From: Phototrophicaceae bacterium
GTDB taxonomy: Bacteria; Chloroflexota; Anaerolineae; Aggregatilineales; Phototrophicaceae
NCBI GenBank assembly: GCA_965220615.1
Contig: CBDCQL010000001.1
Coordinates: 207,096-271,095 of the forward strand
DNA length: 64,000 nucleotides
Reading direction: 5' to 3'
Made by a program: the position numbers and the translations under genes. Shown piece after piece: positions 50,510-59,249 of this stretch. The first letter of the stretch is position 1; each line of letters starts with the position of its first letter. The notes beneath the pieces were generated by a model. The model was not told the DNA's origin and did no database searches. It worked only from the letters and a program-made list of their open reading frames with translations.

Positions 50510-51700
50510 ATGCGCATTCTTCATGTCCTGCTGGCCCTGACCCTGCTGACGGGCGGCGCAGTCATGGCCCAGGAGACGAACGAAAGACCCTTCCTTGGCA
50601 TCGCCTTTTCGGTGGAAGACGGTGGCGCCCACGTGCGCGAGGTGCAGGCCGGGTCGCCGGCGGAAGACGCCGGGCTGCTGGTGGATGACCTCATCATTGG
50701 GGTCAACGGCGCTGACGTGGCGCCGGAGGAACTGGCGGCAAGCATCCAGGCGCTGGCCATCGGCGAGCAAATCTCCCTGACTGTGTTGCGTGACGGGGAA
50801 GAACTGGAACTCGACGCTACGCTGGGGAGCGCGACGACGCCGGTCATCCGCTGGCAGGCCTTCCGCGACAGCGCCTTCCTGGGCGTCAGCCTGGTGAGCG
50901 ACGAGGCGGGCGTGCTGGTGCAGGACGTGGTGCCGGAATCGCCGGCGGCCCTCTCCGGGCTGCAGGCAGGTGACCTGTTGCGCAGCATCAACGGCGAAGA
51001 TGTCGACACGCCCCGTAAGGCCGCCAACCTGATCCGCGCGCTGGAGCCGGGCGCCGACGTCACCCTGGGCGTCGAACGCGATGGTGAGACGCTGACGCTC
51101 GCAGCCACCATGGGCAGCCGCGAGCGCATCGCGCCGCGCGAGGGCATGCCGGCCCTGCCGGAAGACTTCGACTTCCGTATGGCAGCCGGGCGGCCCCTGC
51201 TGGGCGTTGAATACCTGGACCTGAACGCGGAAGTCGCCGCGGAACGCGAACTGACGCAGCAGGAGGGCGCCCTGATCCTGCGCGTGCTGCCGGAATCGCC
51301 GGCGGAGGTCGCCGGTCTGCTGGCGGAGGACATCGTCGTGGCGGTGGAAGGCGACCCGGTCGATGCCCGCCGCACCCTGCGTGAGCGGCTGCTGGCCTAC
51401 GATCCGGGCGAGACCCTGCAGCTGGCATTGTTACGGGCCGGCGAGAGCATGGAACTCGACGTGACTCTCGGCGAGGGCAGCGCCATGCCGCGCTTTGGCT
51501 TTCGCGGGCGCATGCTGCCCCATGGCGGCATGATGGACCTGGAAGCCCTCCAGGAACGCCTTGGCGAGGACGTTGACGTCGAGGCCCTGATGGAAGCCAT
51601 GATGGAACGCTTCCACGGCGACTTCGACATGGAGGCCTGGCTGGAGCAGTTCGGCCGGCAACTGCCGGAGGAGGCGCTGGCGCCCGCGCCCGACGTCTAG
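50510..51700 (+). CDS. Secreted protein with three PDZ domains and a Met/His/acidic C-terminal tail
   Basis: ORF 50468..51700. ATG 50510 sits behind GGAGGA. Signal peptide MRILHVLLALTLLTGGAVMAQ. Three PDZ cores: VQAGSPAEDAGLLVDDLIIGVNG, VVPESPAALSGLQAGDLLRSING, VLPESPAEVAGLLAEDIVVAVEG. No protease domain. Confidence 0.75.
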   Translation: MRILHVLLALTLLTGGAVMAQETNERPFLGIAFSVEDGGAHVREVQAGSPAEDAGLLVDDLIIGVNGADVAPEELAASIQALAIGEQISLTVLRDGEELELDATLGSATTPVIRWQAFRDSAFLGVSLVSDEAGVLVQDVVPESPAALSGLQAGDLLRSINGEDVDTPRKAANLIRALEPGADVTLGVERDGETLTLAATMGSRERIAPREGMPALPEDFDFRMAAGRPLLGVEYLDLNAEVAAERELTQQEGALILRVLPESPAEVAGLLAEDIVVAVEGDPVDARRTLRERLLAYDPGETLQLALLRAGESMELDVTLGEGSAMPRFGFRGRMLPHGGMMDLEALQERLGEDVDVEALMEAMMERFHGDFDMEAWLEQFGRQLPEEALAPAPDV

Positions 51701-51766
51701 GGCGCCCCGGGCCCTGGCCGCCGCATTTCGTGTATACTGCGCGCGCGGCGGTCAGGGAATGACAAC

Positions 51767-53080
51767 GTGAATCATCGCGAAGAGTTGCTGCAAAAACTCC
51801 AAGCCCGCAGCGCCCGAGTCGGCATTGTGGGCCTGGGCTATGTCGGGCTGCCGCTGGCGCTTGAGTTCGCCCGCGCCGGCTTTCGGGTCACCGGCCTGGA
51901 CCTGGACGCGGACAAGGTGGCCCAACTCAATGACGGCCGCAGCTACATCCCTGGCGTCAGCGATGAAGCGGTCGCGCCGCTGGTCGCCGATGGCCTGCTT
52001 TGCGCCACAGACGACTACCAGGCGCTGTCCGCCGCCGACGCCATCAGCATCTGCGTGCCCACACCCTTGCGCAAGACGCGCGACCCCGACATGTCCTACA
52101 TCCTGCACGCCCTGGACGCGCTCGTGGAGGTCTGCCGCGCCGGCCAGTTGATCGTGCTGGAGAGCACCACCTGGCCCGGCACAACGAGTGAGATCATCCT
52201 GCCGCGTTTGCAGGAACACGGTTTTACAGCCGGCGAGAGCATCTTCGTGGCCTTCTCACCCGAGCGCATCGACCCGGCCAATGCGGAGTTTGGCGTGCGC
52301 AACACGCCGCGCATCGTCGGCGGCATCACGGCGGCCTGCACCGAGGTCGCCGTCGCGCTCTACTCCACCGCCGTCGACCAGGTCCTGCCGGTCAGTTCGC
52401 CCACCGTGGCCGAGATGACCAAGCTGCTGGAAAACACCTTCCGCGCAGTCAACATCGGTCTCGTCAACGAGATGGCGCTGATGTGCAACCGCCTGAACAT
52501 CGACGTGTGGGAGGTGATCGAGGCGGCGGCCAGCAAGCCCTTCGGTTTCATGCCCTTCTTCCCCGGGCCAGGCCTGGGCGGCCATTGCATCCCGGTCGAC
52601 CCGCATTACCTCAGCTGGAAACTGAAGACCCTCAACTACAACGCCCGCTTCATCGAGGTGGCCAGCGAAATCAACACCGCCATGCCCCTGCACGTCGCGC
52701 AACGCATCAGCGACGCGCTCAACGACGAGGGCAAGGCCGTGCGCGGCGCGCGCGTCCTCGTGCTTGGCGTGGCCTTCAAGCGCGACGTGGACGACATCCG
52801 CGAAAGCCCCGCGCTGGACGTGCTGGCCCTGCTGATGGAGAAGGGCGCCGCCGTCCGCTACCACGACCCGCAGGTGCCGCAACTGCGCCTGCCGGATGGA
52901 CAACGCCTGCACAGCCAGACCCTGGACGTAGCGGAGCTGGCTGCGGCGGATTGCGTAGTCGTCATCACCGACCACAGCGCCATTGACTGGCAGCAAGTGG
53001 CGGACCACAGCGCGTTGGTGGTGGATACGCGCCACGTGGTCGTCCCCCTGCCCGGTGCGGCGCGTGTGTTGTCGCTTTAG
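51767..53080 (+). CDS. Nucleotide-sugar dehydrogenase (UDP-N-acetyl-D-hexosamine 6-dehydrogenase, WecC/TviB-like)
   Basis: ORF 51767..53080 with a GTG start. Contains VGIVGLGYVGLPLALEFA and GLGGHCIPVDP (catalytic Cys context). Confidence 0.85.
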   Translation: MNHREELLQKLQARSARVGIVGLGYVGLPLALEFARAGFRVTGLDLDADKVAQLNDGRSYIPGVSDEAVAPLVADGLLCATDDYQALSAADAISICVPTPLRKTRDPDMSYILHALDALVEVCRAGQLIVLESTTWPGTTSEIILPRLQEHGFTAGESIFVAFSPERIDPANAEFGVRNTPRIVGGITAACTEVAVALYSTAVDQVLPVSSPTVAEMTKLLENTFRAVNIGLVNEMALMCNRLNIDVWEVIEAAASKPFGFMPFFPGPGLGGHCIPVDPHYLSWKLKTLNYNARFIEVASEINTAMPLHVAQRISDALNDEGKAVRGARVLVLGVAFKRDVDDIRESPALDVLALLMEKGAAVRYHDPQVPQLRLPDGQRLHSQTLDVAELAAADCVVVITDHSAIDWQQVADHSALVVDTRHVVVPLPGAARVLSL

Positions 53081-53131
53081 GGACTGGCCTGATCACCCGC
53101 TATTCTGCGGCGTCCGGCCCCGGCGGGGAAC

Positions 53132-54238
53132 ATGAGCGGGGAAAATGTCTACACCATCCCTTATCCGCGCCGGGTGCTGCTGCGCCGCGCGCTGCGGCCC
53201 CTGGGGCGACTCGCCCTGCGATTGCTGACTCGCACCCGCGTACACGGGCGCGCCAACCTGCCGGCCCGCGGCCCGCTGATTCTGGTGGGCAACCACGTGG
53301 CGCTGATGGAAGTGGTGCTGATGGTGCTGATGGCGCCCTGGGAGATCGAGATCATCGGCACCGGCGACATCCCCATGGACCGGCGCTACGCCTGGATCGT
53401 CAGACTCTGGGGTTTTCTGCCGGTGGACCGCGGCAACGCCCGGCGCCAGGAAATGCAGTTGCCGCTGGACATCCTGCGCCAGAACGGCGTGGTCGGCATT
53501 TTCCCGGAAGGCGGCATCTGGTCGCCGGTGCTGAAACGCGCCCACACCGGCGTTGCCTGGCTGAGCTATCACAGTGGCGCGCCGGTGCTGCCGATCGGAT
53601 TCGGCGGGATGGAGGGTGCGCTGGGCGCCGTCCTCGCGCTGAAGCGGCCGCAACTTTCCATGAACATCGGTCAACCCCTGCCGCCCGTGCGCGTGGACCT
53701 GCCCGGTTTATCACGCAAACAGGCGCTGGGCGCGGCCGCAGGGCACATCATGGACCAGATCGCCGCTCTCATCCCCGAGGCGGAGCGCCGCGCCAGCCAG
53801 CGCATACAGGAAGAGCACTTCGATTGCGCGCTGGAGCTGGGCGCCGAAGAGGCCTCGTTGCAGACGGCCGGGCTGGAGCACGCCGCCGGATTGGGCCGCT
53901 TTTTTCATACGCCCGTGCTGCTGGACGTGATGGTGCGCAACATGCGCCTGCCGGTCCAGCCCCTGCTACAGGTCGGCCGGCCCCAGGCGACGGCAGAATT
54001 GCGGGCAGCCCTGGAGCATGCCCTCGCCTTTCTCGACGATCACCCGCATTTCCTGTCCTATCGCTTTGGCTATGCCGATGCGGCGGAGATGGATGCCGGC
54101 CTGCGCGAACTGCAGCTGCGGCTCAACCAGGCGGCGGGACACGAGCGTATGGTCCGACTTCGCCCCCTGCGACGTTACCGACCGGGTGAGACCGGTGAGT
54201 GGCGCGTGGAGGAGCCGGGAGACCGGCACCGACTGTAG
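53132..54238 (+). CDS. Lysophospholipid acyltransferase (PlsC/LPLAT) domain protein with about 170-aa C-terminal extension
   Basis: ORF 53132..54238. Motif I reads VGNHVALME (HX4E rather than HX4D) and motif III is GIFPEGG. The C-terminal half has no recognised family. Confidence 0.65.
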   Translation: MSGENVYTIPYPRRVLLRRALRPLGRLALRLLTRTRVHGRANLPARGPLILVGNHVALMEVVLMVLMAPWEIEIIGTGDIPMDRRYAWIVRLWGFLPVDRGNARRQEMQLPLDILRQNGVVGIFPEGGIWSPVLKRAHTGVAWLSYHSGAPVLPIGFGGMEGALGAVLALKRPQLSMNIGQPLPPVRVDLPGLSRKQALGAAAGHIMDQIAALIPEAERRASQRIQEEHFDCALELGAEEASLQTAGLEHAAGLGRFFHTPVLLDVMVRNMRLPVQPLLQVGRPQATAELRAALEHALAFLDDHPHFLSYRFGYADAAEMDAGLRELQLRLNQAAGHERMVRLRPLRRYRPGETGEWRVEEPGDRHRL

Positions 54239-54243
54239 CGGCT

Positions 54244-55020
54244 TCAGGCATCGGAAGCCGGCGGCAGCCAGCCAAAGGGGACGTCTTCCTCATCGTGCTC
54301 CGCCTCCGCTTCGGGCAGCGTTGGCGGCGCGTAATGTCGGGCTTCGCGATTGCTGTTGCGGCGGCGCAGGTCCCGGCGCCAGTACAGTTGCTGGCCGGGT
54401 TTCGGGCGCAGGGCGACGCGCGCCACACCCCGGGCGAAGATATCGAATTGCAGCGGCGCGCTGCGGCCGAAACCGAGCCAGGAGGTGGGTGGCACACTGC
54501 CGAGCAGGGTCATCAACCAGAAGATGGGTTGACGTCGCTGGCCGCGAATCCAGGTCAGCGGCGCGCGAATGATCAGGGTCTCCAGACCGACCCGCAGACA
54601 GTAGTCCTCGGCGGCGCGCTTGGCGCGCACATAGCCACGGTTGATCCATGGGGCGCGGGCGCAACTGAGCAACACAAGACGCGGACAGCCGTCGCTGACG
54701 CACATGTTGGCCACGTTGCGCGCGGAAACGAAGTTGAGCCAGTGGTGATTGAGGCCGCGCGCCGGGTCGGCGACCATGCTGCCAACGGTATGTATCGTCA
54801 GGTGATGGCCGCGGGCCCGCCCGCTCAGGCTGGCGGGGTTCCAGACGTCGGCGACGAGCGTGCTGACGTTGCTCGCCAGGGGTTCGGGCAGGGGGTAGTC
54901 GGCGTCCCGTCGCAGGAGGGAGACGCGGGCGCCTTCCGCCAACAGGGCTGCGGCGACGCCGGCGCCGGGGAAGCTGCTGCCGGTGACGAGCACGCGCGGG
55001 GCCTGCGGTACTTCAGCCAT
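54244..55020 (-). CDS. NAD(P)-binding Rossmann-fold protein (atypical SDR / NmrA-like)
   Basis: ORF 54244..55098. ATG 55020 (MAEVPQAPRVLVTGSSFPGAGVAAALLAEG), with RGYVRAKRAAE (YxxxK-like) later. The C-terminal tail is acidic. Confidence 0.5.
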   Translation of the reverse strand: MAEVPQAPRVLVTGSSFPGAGVAAALLAEGARVSLLRRDADYPLPEPLASNVSTLVADVWNPASLSGRARGHHLTIHTVGSMVADPARGLNHHWLNFVSARNVANMCVSDGCPRLVLLSCARAPWINRGYVRAKRAAEDYCLRVGLETLIIRAPLTWIRGQRRQPIFWLMTLLGSVPPTSWLGFGRSAPLQFDIFARGVARVALRPKPGQQLYWRRDLRRRNSNREARHYAPPTLPEAEAEHDEEDVPFGWLPPASDA

Positions 55021-55378
55021 CGATTTCCCTAACCTGCAAGCGCCGGGAGCGAGAGCGGCCCGTCCATAGAATACCAATCGCCTGGCGAGCCACGGCATGT
55101 CGTGTTAATCTGAATAACAGTAACATAACAACGCGAGTTGTGGTCCTAACGTGAACGCAAGCCATCCGGCGTGCGTGAGGTGAAAGTTGTAAGCGGTCAA
55201 GGGAAACTGGCTGTCTGACAGAGAGGCCCATTCAGGCAGGCTTCCCCGAACGGACCGTAGCTACCAGCAACAACGAATCGCCCGACGCAACATTTCGCAA
55301 CGTATTTTCAGGGACTGGTGCAGGCCACAACCGTGATGATTCCGGCCACGGCATTGTGCGTTCCCGGGCAACAGATTC

Positions 55379-56053
55379 ATGGCGACAATCACCGCCTTGC
55401 AAGCCGACAAACGCAAACGCGATCGGGTTGATGTCTTTCTGGATGGCGACCGCGCCTTCAGTCTGCCGTTGACCCTGGCAGCCGGTCTGGGAGTCGGTCA
55501 GCCACTGGACGACAGGGCGATAGCCCGTCTGCGGCAGGAGGACGAGGTCGCGCGCGCTGTCGACCGGGCGGCCCGCTTCCTTGCTTACCGTCCGCGCAGC
55601 GCGGCGGAGGTGCGGCAATATCTGCGGCGCAAGGGCTTCGCGGACGGGGCCATCGCTGCCGCGCTGGAACGCATGACGCAACAGGGATGGCTCGATGACC
55701 TCGCCTTTGCCCGCTTTTGGGTGGAAGACCGGCTGCGATTTCGGCCCATGGGTCGCCGCGCCCTGACGTATGAGTTGAGTCAAAAGGGCGTGGCGGCGGA
55801 GACCATCGAAACAGCACTGGTCGACGTGGACAGTCTGGACGCGGCCCGGCGCGCGGCGCGCAAGAGTCTGCGTCGCTGGCGCAACGAGACCCCGGAGCAG
55901 CTGCGGCGCAAATTGTGGGACAGCCTGCAGCGGCGCGGCTTCGAAGCCGACCTGTGCCGCGAGGTTGTAGAAGAACTATTGACAGAAAACGGGGAGGGCG
56001 AAGCCGCCGTCCCCGTCAGCACCCATGAGGAGTATCCAACATGGAGGCCCTGA
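55379..56053 (+). CDS. recX: RecX-family regulatory protein
   Basis: ORF 55379..56053. LAYRPRSAAEVRQYLRRKGF and three-helix repeats (LERMTQQGWLDDLAFARFWVEDR; YELSQKGV). Confidence 0.8.
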   Translation: MATITALQADKRKRDRVDVFLDGDRAFSLPLTLAAGLGVGQPLDDRAIARLRQEDEVARAVDRAARFLAYRPRSAAEVRQYLRRKGFADGAIAAALERMTQQGWLDDLAFARFWVEDRLRFRPMGRRALTYELSQKGVAAETIETALVDVDSLDAARRAARKSLRRWRNETPEQLRRKLWDSLQRRGFEADLCREVVEELLTENGEGEAAVPVSTHEEYPTWRP

Positions 56054-57582
56054 TTGCCCTGGTGATGCTGGTCGTCGGCGTGGCCCTGGGCGCCATCGTC
56101 TCTCTTCTGCTGCTGCGACGGCACCAGAACGCCCAGGTGGAAAACTGGCGCACGCTGGCCGAAGCGCAAAACCAGGCCACACGCGATGAAGCCGCGCGCG
56201 ACGCCGCGGCCAGCATCGCCGAGGCCACCGAAAAGGCCCGCGTCCTGCTGGAGGAATCCGAGCAGACGGCCAACCGGCGCCGGCGCGAACTGGACCGCGA
56301 GGCGGACCGTTTGCAGCAGCGCAGAACGCAACAGGACGCGCGCCTGGACCGACTGGAGCAGCGCGACCAGAATCTGAACAAGCGCCAGAGCCGGCTGGAC
56401 AAGCGTGAAAACAGGTTGGGCAAACTGGAAGAAGAGCGGAAGACCGAACTTGAGCGAATCGCGCGCATGACGCAAGACGAAGCGCGCGAGGAACTGATGG
56501 CGGTCGTCGAAAACGATTCCCGCAACGACATGGCGCGCATCATCCGCCAGGTCGAGGCCAGCGCGCGCGAGGAAGCCGACACACGGGCGCGCAACATCAT
56601 CTCGCTTGCGGTGCAACGCCTAGCCAGCGAGCACGTGAGCGAGATTTCGGTCAGTGTGGTGCCGCTGCCCTCGGACGACATGAAGGGGCGCATCATCGGG
56701 CGCAACGGACGCAACATTCGCGCCTTCGAGCTGGCCACCGGCGTTGACGTGGTGGTCGACGACACGCCCGAGGCCGTCACCATCAGCAGCTTCAACCCCG
56801 TGCGGCGCGAGGTGGCGCGGCAGGCGATGGGCAAACTGGTGACGGACGGACGCATCCATCCCGCCCGCATCGAGAAGCTGGTCGAGGACGCCACCGAGGA
56901 AGTGAACCAGACCATCCGTGAGGAAGGCGAGCGCGCCGCCTTCGAGGCCGGCGTCCCCGGCCTGCATCCGGAGATTATCAAACTGCTGGGCCGGCTGAAA
57001 TTCCGCACCAGTTATGGGCAGAACATGCATGCCCACGCCATTGAGACCGCGCACATCGCCGGCATGATCGCCGGAGAACTGGGAGCGGACGTCGACGTGG
57101 CGCGCGCCGGCGGCCTGCTGCACGATATCGGCAAGGCCATCGACCACGAGGTGGAAGGCACGCACGCCCTGCTGGGCGCGGACTTCATCAAGCGTCATGG
57201 CGTGCGCGAAAACGTGGTCAACTGCGTCGCCAGCCACCATCACGAGGTCGAACCGGCCTACGTGGAGGCCTACATCGTCGAGGCCGCCGACGCCATTTCC
57301 GGCGCCCGGCCCGGCGCCCGGCGCGAGAGCCTCGAGTCCTACATCAAGCGCGTGAAGACCCTGGAGGAAATCGCCGCCAGCTTCGACGGCGTGGACCAGA
57401 GCTACGCCCTTCAGGCCGGTCGCGAAGTGCGCATCATCATCCGGCCGGACGACGTCGATGACCTGCAGGCCCTCCAACTCTCGCGTGACGTGGCGCGCAA
57501 GATCGAGGAGACCATGCAGTATCCCGGCCAGATCAAGGTGCAGGTCATTCGCGAGACACGGGCGGTCGATTTCGCCCGTTGA
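56041..57582 (+). CDS. rny: Ribonuclease Y
   Basis: ORF 56041..57582. N-terminal TM helix, a long coiled coil, a KH domain (MKGRIIGRNGRNIRAFELATGVDVVVDDTPEAV) and an HD domain (HAHAIETAHIAG...GLLHDIGKA). It overlaps recX by 13 nt. Confidence 0.9.
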   Translation: MEALIALVMLVVGVALGAIVSLLLLRRHQNAQVENWRTLAEAQNQATRDEAARDAAASIAEATEKARVLLEESEQTANRRRRELDREADRLQQRRTQQDARLDRLEQRDQNLNKRQSRLDKRENRLGKLEEERKTELERIARMTQDEAREELMAVVENDSRNDMARIIRQVEASAREEADTRARNIISLAVQRLASEHVSEISVSVVPLPSDDMKGRIIGRNGRNIRAFELATGVDVVVDDTPEAVTISSFNPVRREVARQAMGKLVTDGRIHPARIEKLVEDATEEVNQTIREEGERAAFEAGVPGLHPEIIKLLGRLKFRTSYGQNMHAHAIETAHIAGMIAGELGADVDVARAGGLLHDIGKAIDHEVEGTHALLGADFIKRHGVRENVVNCVASHHHEVEPAYVEAYIVEAADAISGARPGARRESLESYIKRVKTLEEIAASFDGVDQSYALQAGREVRIIIRPDDVDDLQALQLSRDVARKIEETMQYPGQIKVQVIRETRAVDFAR

Positions 57583-57594
57583 GGCGCACGCGCT

Positions 57595-58815
57595 TCAGGT
57601 GACGCGGCTGTGATCCGGCCCCTGCGCGTTATGGCTCCGCCAGCTGCCATCCGCGAGAATGTCGTCGACAGCCTGCATGACCCCGCGCACTTCTTCGTCA
57701 CCGGTATAGAAGTGGGGTGCGATGCGGATGCCGGCGCCCTCGCGGAAGTCAATGACGTAACCGCGCGCCAGCAACTCCCGCGAGACTTCCCAGGCGTGGG
57801 CCGGCGTGACCGTGACCGTGCCGGCGCGGCGTTCCGCTTCCAGAGGCGAGCCGAGGGCATGTCCTGCGCGTCGGGCCAGGTCGACCAGCAGCGCCGTCTG
57901 GCGCCGCGACTTTTCGCGGATGGCCGCCACCCCCACCTCGCGGACAATGTCAATGCCCGGCCGAATGGCGTGGAGCGAGGCGATGCCGGGCGTGCCGTTC
58001 TGCAGCCGCCCGACGTCCTCGCGCAGCGGGAAGTGCTCACTGTCAAAGGCGAAGGGCTGTTGCAGGGCCAACCAGCCGCTGACTTTCGGCTGCAGCCCGG
58101 CCAGCAGGTCCGGCCGCACGTAGAGGAAGACCCCTCCCGACCCGCCACAGAGCCACTTGAGCGTGCCGCCGACGTAGAAATCCACTTCAAGCGCAGCCAC
58201 GTCAACCGGGATGACGCCCACGCTGTGGTATCCATTGAACAGCACCTGAGCGCCGACCGTATGCGCCCTGGTGACGATCTCGCGCGCCGGCAGGATGCAG
58301 CCGGAGCGGAACAGGACGTGCGACAGGCTGACGAGGCGGGTGCGTTCGTCGATGGCGGCCAGCAACTCATCGATATCGAGGCCGATGCCGTCCGGCGAGC
58401 GAAGCATGCAGATTTCCGCGCCCGGCGGCAACCACTGCCGCAACGCGAAGCTGTCCGACGGGAAGTCCATGTCGCTGATGACGACGCGATTGCGCCGCGG
58501 ATCGCTGAAATCGAGGGCGGAGAAGAGGATGCTGTTGGCGATGCTGGCGTTCTGTTGCAGCACGAGGCTGCCGGCCGGCGCGTTCAGCAGCGGCGCGATG
58601 CTGTCCGCCACCTCGCGCCCCAGCGACCACCAGGACTCGTTCCATGCCCGCACGCCGTGCCGGTCCCAGCTGTCGGCGTAGGCCGCCAGACTGGCGCGCA
58701 CGCCGCGCGGCATGGCGCCCAGCGAATGGCTGACCAGATAGTGGCATCGCTCCAGGACGGGAAACTCAGGCCGCCAGGCCAGCAGGGGATCGTTCACCGG
58801 GGTCGCGGGGGCCAC
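57595..58815 (-). CDS. Class V aminotransferase-fold PLP enzyme, kynureninase-like
   Basis: ORF 57595..58815. YLVSHSLGAMP and DFYVGGTLKWLCGGSGG (Lys-bearing motif analogous to the kynureninase SYKYLNGGPG). Confidence 0.65.
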   Translation of the reverse strand: MAPATPVNDPLLAWRPEFPVLERCHYLVSHSLGAMPRGVRASLAAYADSWDRHGVRAWNESWWSLGREVADSIAPLLNAPAGSLVLQQNASIANSILFSALDFSDPRRNRVVISDMDFPSDSFALRQWLPPGAEICMLRSPDGIGLDIDELLAAIDERTRLVSLSHVLFRSGCILPAREIVTRAHTVGAQVLFNGYHSVGVIPVDVAALEVDFYVGGTLKWLCGGSGGVFLYVRPDLLAGLQPKVSGWLALQQPFAFDSEHFPLREDVGRLQNGTPGIASLHAIRPGIDIVREVGVAAIREKSRRQTALLVDLARRAGHALGSPLEAERRAGTVTVTPAHAWEVSRELLARGYVIDFREGAGIRIAPHFYTGDEEVRGVMQAVDDILADGSWRSHNAQGPDHSRVT

Positions 58816-58824
58816 AGCCCGGGT

Positions 58825-59157
58825 TTACCCGGCGGTTTCGCGCCGCACGAAGACCACGGCCTCGACCAGCAACGGCCCGGCGGCCTCGAATCTCTCCGTC
58901 AGCAGCACCCATTCGCGCCATGCCCGGCCGGGCATGGGCTCGAAGGACTGCGCGGCGCCAGACTCGATCAGGGCGCGGCTTCGGGCTTCGCCCAGCTTGA
59001 GCACGATGCCGTCGCCAAAGACGCCCAGCGCCATCTTGCCGTTCACCTTGTAGCAGGGCGAACCGAACATCTTTCCGGGCTGCGCCGCCTGATCCGCCAT
59101 GAGGGCGTGCATACGGGCGGCGACTTCCGCGTTGGGCCGGACCATGTTTGCCGCCAT
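58825..59157 (-). CDS. TfoX N-terminal-domain-like small protein
   Basis: ORF 58825..59244. ATG 59157 (MAANMVRPNAEV...). KMFGSPCYKVNGKMALGVFGDGIVLKL resembles the TfoX_N fold signature. Confidence 0.5.
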   Translation of the reverse strand: MAANMVRPNAEVAARMHALMADQAAQPGKMFGSPCYKVNGKMALGVFGDGIVLKLGEARSRALIESGAAQSFEPMPGRAWREWVLLTERFEAAGPLLVEAVVFVRRETAG

Positions 59158-59249
59158 GAAAGGGCCTTCCTCACTGCTTCCCGTTCCGGCGCAAGCCTGC
59201 ACCGGAAGAGACCCGCTGTCAACCGGCGCGGCGCTGACGGGCACGAGCC

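Noticed and set aside
55021-55378. 358-nt, lower-GC, ORF-free region upstream of recX, considered as a possible ncRNA or riboswitch; recA is also absent upstream of recX.
   Set aside because: I scanned by eye for cobalamin, TPP, SAM, SRP, RNase P, tmRNA and 6S hallmarks and found no convincing match. Only short stems are present (for example CCGTG...CACGG). It most likely holds two divergent promoters and a leader. A covariance-model scan (Rfam/Infernal) would be the decisive test.
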